Assembly (NCBI GenBank): GCA_946965045.2
Contig: OX337229.1
Span: forward strand, 4,898,001 to 4,962,000
Direction: 5' to 3'
Source of the DNA: Epithemia pelagica
Taxonomy: Eukaryota > Protista > Bacillariophyta
DNA length: 64,000 nucleotides
Position 1 is the stretch's first letter; the number at the start of each line of letters is the position of its first letter. Shown piece after piece: positions 58,584 through 64,000 of this stretch. The position numbers were made by a program, and so were the translations under genes. The notes below the pieces were generated by a model. The model saw only the letters and a list, made by a program, of their open reading frames with translations. It was not told the DNA's origin and made no database searches.

Positions 58584-59363
58584 TTAAGCTTCGGTCTCTG
58601 AATCCTCACCCTCTTCCGAATGATCAGAGTCGCTTCCAGGCTCAGATGGGGCAGCACAAGCAACAGAAGAAGGGGTATCACCTTCAGCCAGGTGGTTCTC
58701 GACCTCGGTACGCAAAGGGTAGATAGTTGCACGATGGTCCTCGATGGTATGGACCTCGTGGATGTAGGCAACGTAGTTATCTAGGCGTACAACGTTAGGA
58801 GGCAGAGGGCAAGTCGTCGCGTTCACGACGTAGATGGTATTGTAGTATCCAGTTGGGCGCTCGAAGGTTAGGAAGCGGAGGTGGACAGTACGGATGGGGT
58901 TGCCCGAGAGGGCGGCAAAGATGAGGCGACGCCTCGGAGAGCGGTGAAGTTGGTCGTTCAGACGGTCAATGTCTTCTTGGTCGACGATGTGGGTCACCGA
59001 TTGGAACTGGCGTTCGATCTGGGTCTCCCCACGGATGATCTCGGGATCGAAGGTCGAACAAGTTGGTTGGCGGAAGTACTTGATATGATCAGCAATCAAC
59101 CGGGTGGTACGACGGGATCGAGAAGGGACGAGCCGACGAGGCGGACTCGGGGGCCGAAGCAACGGCGCAGGGATCGGAGCGTGAGGCTGGGTTGGAGTCT
59201 CGAATGGGTTGCTGTTGGAACTGTCGACGGAGATGTTGACCGATGTGTTGGCTGCCTTCGGCGTCGGCACCAGTTCCTGCTGCACCAGGGTATCGGGCTG
59301 CCCGGGATGCAGGTTGGCTCGATAGATCTGTCGTACAGGAGTGATAATCTCGTTAGTATCCAT
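58584..59363 (-). CDS. Element B extra upstream ORF (ORF0), 259 aa, unknown function
   Basis: ATG 36 nt after the 5' LTR, same strand as gag-pol. Disordered N-terminus, globular core, acidic tail. Confidence 0.65.
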   Translation of the reverse strand: MDTNEIITPVRQIYRANLHPGQPDTLVQQELVPTPKAANTSVNISVDSSNSNPFETPTQPHAPIPAPLLRPPSPPRRLVPSRSRRTTRLIADHIKYFRQPTCSTFDPEIIRGETQIERQFQSVTHIVDQEDIDRLNDQLHRSPRRRLIFAALSGNPIRTVHLRFLTFERPTGYYNTIYVVNATTCPLPPNVVRLDNYVAYIHEVHTIEDHRATIYPLRTEVENHLAEGDTPSSVACAAPSEPGSDSDHSEEGEDSETEA

Positions 59364-59378
59364 GAAACCACAAGGAAA

Positions 59379-59399
59379 TAAGCTTTGAGACTGTTAATC
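59379..59399 (-). promoter_or_regulatory. Element B primer-binding site, complementary to a tRNA-Asn(GUU)-like anticodon arm
   Basis: The plus strand reads TAAGCTTTGAGA-CT-GTT-AA-TC directly against the LTR. There is no TGG. Confidence 0.7.
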
Positions 59400-60182
59400 T
59401 GTTACAATTCTTTCTGAATCGTAGGGACATTGATGCTCGGTAGAGCAGACAATCAGGTAGGTCACCAACCGATACAAGCTTCTCAGGGTCAGAGAAGCAA
59501 GCAAGTCGAAGTCTATCAGAAGGATAGTCGGGACACAAAAGAGGATGTGATAAATGGTGATATTGTTAGATTGTGTGTTGATTACTACGATAGGTCTACG
59601 TGAAATGTTCGGTCCTGCCAAGGGTCATGTATCATAGGTTCTTGGCGGCAACAGGTTTGGAATAGTTGGAGTTGATTCATGTGATGTATATGACATGTAT
59701 ATGTGGGCGGATAACATATACAGGGTCAACAGCTCTTGCTTTGGGTTGGCATAGTTGTTTTCATGGCGCGCAGCTTGTTGACAATTTGGAGATTGTGGGA
59801 ATGGAAATATGGTCTCGCGTGATCGTGTGTCGTGCTTGGGATACTTAGACCGTTGGATCGGATAGATGCCGATAGCGCTCGGATGTCGCTTGGGCGCGCT
59901 CGATGATTTCGGGCGCGTACGCTTAGGGCGTTAGTACAGTGTCCGAGCAACGGCCAAATTTACGTCCGTTGTAATACCGCACGACCCAATTTAGTCTTGA
60001 GAGTGAGTTCGTCAATCTATTCTCACTTTTCATGATTTGCGAAGAAATATAGGTCGATATAGCGCGAAGCTAGGAAACATAGCTCGAAGCTAGAGGGCAT
60101 GATGCGATAGCACGAGGCTATGTGACATGGGGAATCGATGAGATGTAGAATCTAACCACCATAGACGGTGAGAATTCTAACA
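59400..60182 (-). repeat. Element B 5' LTR
   Basis: Apparently identical to 51799-52581. Confidence 0.96.
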
Positions 60183-60998
60183 CTGTGAGGCGCTCAGGAA
60201 GTTCAATGTCGTTGTCATATTCCTCCTCACTTTCTTTGAATCGATAGAGGGCTTGGAGATTCTCCAGACTAGCAGAGTTGGCTGCTGGGTCAAAGGTACG
60301 TGAGATCTTGGTGAGATGCTGGATGTAATATCGCAGCATTTTGAGACGCTTCTCAATGACATGTCCAACGAGAACTCCAGGGTTTTGAATCGTCGTTGGG
60401 ATGCCTGCAACTGGGTTAGCCGCATCGTAAGCAGGGTTTGGGATCGTACCCCCTGGCTTACGGGCATTGGTACAAATTTCGGCGATATCATTTTCCGACA
60501 GGCCTTGGAAATCGCTGATGGAAGTTAGTCCTTGTCCATTCAAGGCATCCCGGACGCTCTGGTTGTTGATAAGGAGAATGTTCTGCAAGTAATCGTTGAG
60601 GATTTCAAGCGGAGTTGGAGGAGCTGGAGGTGCGGCGTCCATGGTTAGCTTTCAATTTGCAATACTTGTTGGTATTCTTTCAGACTTTCACGTATTCGGA
60701 AGAGTGAACGATCCTCATCTTTTGGGATTGTCATGTGAGCGATTGAAAGGTAGAAAGCATGCACAGCTGCATTATCGTCCCGCGTCACATAAGTGATATT
60801 TGTTATCGCTGGGTCGCATGGCAGGCTTCTCTTTTCAACGGCAAAGATTGGCGCGTCCGCCATTGCCCAGGAGTGTGCGCATCGCAGACCACACTCCTTC
60901 ACTAGTCCGGTCTGGCTCCGTTGCAAGTCAGATATTCTACGAGACTAGTGGAACAACCTCAAGGTTGACCATATGGGCGGATCATAGGGACATACTTA

Positions 60999-61801
60999 GG
61001 CTATCTCCACCCGAGCGCCGCTATGCTGACGTATTGGGGCTTTCTGATTGGCCTCGCTATCCGGATAGCGGATTAGCGGAGCCAAAGGGAAATAAACTCC
61101 ACGATCTCCGTTAAAAGAACGCCGCTATCTCGCGTTGCGCGTACGCATTGCGCATATGCCCTCTCTTGTTTCGGTTAAAAAGGGGTGCGACCGCGGAAGT
61201 TGCGGAATTCAAACAAGACAATCAACGAGAGCACAAAGCATAAACCAAAGATGGAGGACTCGTTGTTCTCCCTCTTCATTGTTGACTGTTATGGTGAATC
61301 ATGTTGTTGTTCATGGCCAATGTAGATGTAGGTTGTAGGTTGCAGTCCAATCGTCCTATTCCCTGTCCGATTTCCGATTGATTGTCTGATAATTGATAAT
61401 CGAACTCATCAATAGTTTGAATGATGCATTTGTTTGATTGTTGCATTCCTTCCGATCCGTGATCCTCGAATCATCTTGCTGTGCATGTGCATGGTTCTTG
61501 TCCCATTGTAGGAAGTAGGGAACACAACAATGGAAAAAGAGATGGTAAGCGATCGTCACAATCAATACGTGCCATTGCCATGTTTTCGACACGAGAGATT
61601 CAAAGTTTCACTGTTGGCAGCAGACGTTAATTTATTTATGCCGACGGTTATATTTTGCTCCGCTATCCGCTATTTTCCCCGCTATTCGGGGCCCCCAATA
61701 GCGGCAAAAATAGCGGATAGTGGAGCTGGTTAGCGGTTAGAGGAGATGGTGGAGTTCGATAGCGGTTTTGGGGCCTTTAGCGGGCCCGGGTGGAGATAGC
61801 C
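60999..61801. mobile_element. Non-autonomous PIF/Harbinger (Tourist-like) MITE, 803 bp, in the 5' UTR of element A
   Basis: TIR GGCTATCTCCACCCG (15 bp perfect, about 24 imperfect). TTA duplication at 60996-60998 and 61802-61804. Many subterminal CCGCTAT/ATAGCGG motifs; 68-bp hairpin at 61658-61725. Confidence 0.88.
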
Positions 61802-62043
61802 TTAGTCCGATCCAGATATTTTCACTAACTATATACCTAGCTATGCAGGTAGTTCGTCTCACATTTTTATTTTACAGTAGAATTTTATTGTAGAGCCGGG
61901 AAGTAGTGATCGTGCGAATCGCGCGACATCATGGGTGAACCGCGAAAGGAACATTATGTCCCTGCGACATCCCATCTCATAATAAAACCGGGCGGTAGTC
62001 ACTACCTACATATCTAGATATAAAGTAAGCAGATTACTCCCCT

Positions 62044-62199
62044 GTGATTTCTCATTCCTTCCTCGTCGGGCGCCCGGCTTGTCGGGAGAATGACTCGACG
62101 GGCATATGTCTTGTCGGGCATGCGCCCTCCTCGAACATATGCCCTTCTCCTCATTCTACCCTACGCGCCGGGCGACCCTCTTCTAAAGGAATGAATCAC
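62044..62199. other. Long nested inverted-repeat (hairpin) in the leader of element A
   Basis: Stems: GTGATT/AATCAC, TCATTCCTT/AAGGAATGA, CGCCCGGC/GCCGGGCG, AGAATGA/TCATTCT, GGGCATATGT/ACATATGCCC. Confidence 0.7.
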
Positions 62200-62269
62200 C
62201 GTGAAGTAGTCTTACTACCTTCCCAGGCCATTGTACAAGCTTAGCTTTCTCATCCTTTCGTCATGGCTC

Positions 62270-62290
62270 AGAGTCTTGGGTCTGATAAAC
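62270..62290 (-). promoter_or_regulatory. Element A putative primer-binding site, complementary to a tRNA-Ile(GAU)-like anticodon arm
   Basis: The plus strand reads AGAGTCTTGGGT-CT-GAT-AA-AC against the LTR, in the same register as element B. Confidence 0.5.
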
Positions 62291-62401
62291 CAAAGATCGG
62301 TCATGTAAAAGACTCGTAATCATAAAGAGTGACTATTAGGATCCTCTAACCTAGAGGTCTATGTCTCGCTAAATCCTCGCTCACAAACGCGACCATTTCT
62401 C
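62291..62401 (-). repeat. Element A 5' LTR (boundary +/-1 nt)
   Basis: Direct repeat of 46524-46634. Confidence 0.85.
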
Positions 62402-62788
62402 GCTTTCGTGACTGAGAGCGCACATAGAGGGTCGCCCCGAAAATTTGTTTCCAACGCCAACACAACGATCTCAATTCCCAGTCTCGCGGCATTTTCATTC
62501 GCGTAGGGGCTACTCACAAATCTTTTGATCCAACGGCAACATCGAGATTTCATAGACACACATAGACGCATTAGACACGTGTATGATTTTGTGGGTGGAG
62601 AATTGCTCCGACACAACACGAAGTGAGAAGTGAGATTCCGCCATAGGATCATTGCCAAGAAGGAGAAAAGCTGAGGAGAATTGAAGCTCAAATCGAAGAC
62701 TGACTGGTGAATCCTTTCAGCTGCAGTGAATCTTGTCGATCGTTTCATTGGCTTTCGTCGTCATTTTCGGGTCTATTTCGCATTCATC

Positions 62789-64000
62789 ATGTTTCGCAGT
62801 TCACGGAAAAACAGTGAAAAGAGCTACTCACGCTCGGAAAGCGGCATGAGTGTCTCCTCGGCGGAGCTAGAAGAACAGAATCAACGCATCGCTTCTAAAG
62901 CCAAGTCGATTCTTGATCTGTGCGAGTCTGTGAACCAAGCCCAAGCTACGTCATCGAACATCACGGCCTTGAAGAATGCCGGTGGAACGGCAGGAATTGC
63001 CAAGGCACTCATTTCGGATATTTCTCGGGGTATTGAATTGGGATCCTTGGAGATGCGTAGGGAACATCTTGGAGAAAATAGTTTGCCCTCATCGCCGCGA
63101 AAGTCCTTCTTTGAACTTTTTGTCGACACCTTTGACGATGCCACCTTGCAGATTTTGATTGTTTCGGCATTCGTCAGTCTCGCGATTGGCATGTACGACG
63201 ATCCAACCGCAGGTTATGTCGAAGGGTGTGCCATTTTGGCAGCTTGCTTTGTGGTCAGTCTCGTTACCGCAGCCAATGACTATCAGAAGGAATCACAATT
63301 TCGTGAGCTATCTGCCGCCCATGACGAGTCCGTCGATGTCGTCGTCCGACGTGGGGGTGCCTATTGGCAGATTCCGGTCACTGAAATTGTGGTGGGTGAC
63401 ATTGTCTGTGTGGAAACGGGTGATGCGATTCCCTGCGACGGTATTGTGGTAGCATCGGATAGCCTTCAAGTCGACGAATCAGCCTTGACAGGAGAACCTG
63501 TCGATATGGATAAAGACCCTGAGAACGACCCCTTTATGCTGAGTGGGTGCACTGTTGTTGCTGGTACTTGCCAGTTCTTGGCTATTGCTGTCGGCAAACA
63601 TTCTCAGTGGGGAATCATCAAATCCAAATTGGAAAAGGAACAAGCTCAAACACCCCTTCAAGAGAAGCTCGACGATATGGCCGCCATGATTGGATATGTC
63701 GGTATGGCTGCTGCTGGAGCTACCTTTATTGCCTTGATGAGTATTAAGATCTTCTTGAACCCTGCCGAGTTTGCCGATACAACGCTTTTCAACTTTACGC
63801 TTGAGGCCTTTATCATTGGTGTCACCATTGTCGTGGTTGCAGTTCCTGAAGGCTTGCCGTTGGCTGTAACCATTTCGCTCGCATTCTCAACCAAGAAAAT
63901 GTTGGCAGATCAGAACTTGATTCGACATTTGGCCGCTTGTGAAACAATGGGAAATGCCACGAATATTTGTTCCGACAAAACGGGTACACTCACGGAGAAT
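62789..64000 (+). CDS. P-type Ca2+-ATPase (P2B/PMCA-like), 5' part, runs off the window
   Basis: NDYQKE.QF, VDESALTGE, VVVAVPEGLPLAVTISLA, ACETMGNATNICSDKTGTLTEN. Confidence 0.95.
   Translation, partial: MFRSSRKNSEKSYSRSESGMSVSSAELEEQNQRIASKAKSILDLCESVNQAQATSSNITALKNAGGTAGIAKALISDISRGIELGSLEMRREHLGENSLPSSPRKSFFELFVDTFDDATLQILIVSAFVSLAIGMYDDPTAGYVEGCAILAACFVVSLVTAANDYQKESQFRELSAAHDESVDVVVRRGGAYWQIPVTEIVVGDIVCVETGDAIPCDGIVVASDSLQVDESALTGEPVDMDKDPENDPFMLSGCTVVAGTCQFLAIAVGKHSQWGIIKSKLEKEQAQTPLQEKLDDMAAMIGYVGMAAAGATFIALMSIKIFLNPAEFADTTLFNFTLEAFIIGVTIVVVAVPEGLPLAVTISLAFSTKKMLADQNLIRHLAACETMGNATNICSDKTGTLTEN

Larger units (their letters stand above)
51799..60182 (-). mobile_element. Intact Copia (CoDi-like) LTR retrotransposon B, 8384 bp, nested in the gag of A
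   Basis: 783-bp LTRs (51799-52581, 59400-60182), TG...CA, no mismatch found by eye. TSD CTGTG. PPT GTGGGGAG at 52582-52589. Confidence 0.97.
50769..60642 (-). pseudogene. Element A gag, split by element B (60642-60183 joined to 51793-50769)
   Basis: Removing 51799-60182 and one CTGTG restores the frame: ...IELPERLT-AVENIRSVLENLDDYLERKRGV... Confidence 0.9.
46524..62401 (-). mobile_element. Copia-type (CoDi-like) LTR retrotransposon A with short non-TG/CA LTRs, now inactivated and carrying two nested elements
   Basis: About 111-bp direct repeats (46524-46634, 62291-62401; 2 mismatches) flanked by GCTTT(C). PPT-like CGAGGGGACC abuts the left repeat and a PBS-like tRNA anticodon arm abuts the right one. 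Gag-PR-IN-RT-RH order inside. Confidence 0.85.

Overview
Gene-dense eukaryotic nuclear DNA, most likely a pennate diatom (short GT-AG introns, bipartite plastid presequences, CoDi-like Copia elements; species not determinable from the sequence). About 23 host genes: a lumen-type algal protein, three bestrophin-like (UPF0187) channels, MsrB, RsmH/METTL15, a PPR-TrmB fusion, a VPS9 GEF, PIG-M, a CGL160-like protein, a glutathionyl-hydroquinone reductase, an HMA plus Cuf1/Mac1-type Cys-motif protein, a thioesterase, CHCHD2, a bacterial-type cytochrome b561, mitochondrial F1 beta and delta (head to head), ATG16, a SWIB/BAF60 protein and the 5' part of a P2B Ca-ATPase. Two nested transposon islands interrupt them. 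(1) 28433-37922: a TTAA-flanked piggyBac-like element with asymmetric ends. It carries a P2X7-ballast-like cargo ORF, and an intact Ty3/gypsy element (28453-34169) has inserted 20 bp from its left end. (2) 46524-62401: a Copia element with about 111-bp LTRs that lack TG...CA. It contains an intact Copia with identical LTRs and an extra upstream ORF (51799-60182), plus a Harbinger/Tourist-like MITE (60999-61801). Both Copia primer-binding sites match tRNA anticodon arms rather than tRNA 3' ends, suggesting half-tRNA priming. Boundaries, TSDs and splice sites were read by eye; protein families were recognised from motifs and no database searches were run.
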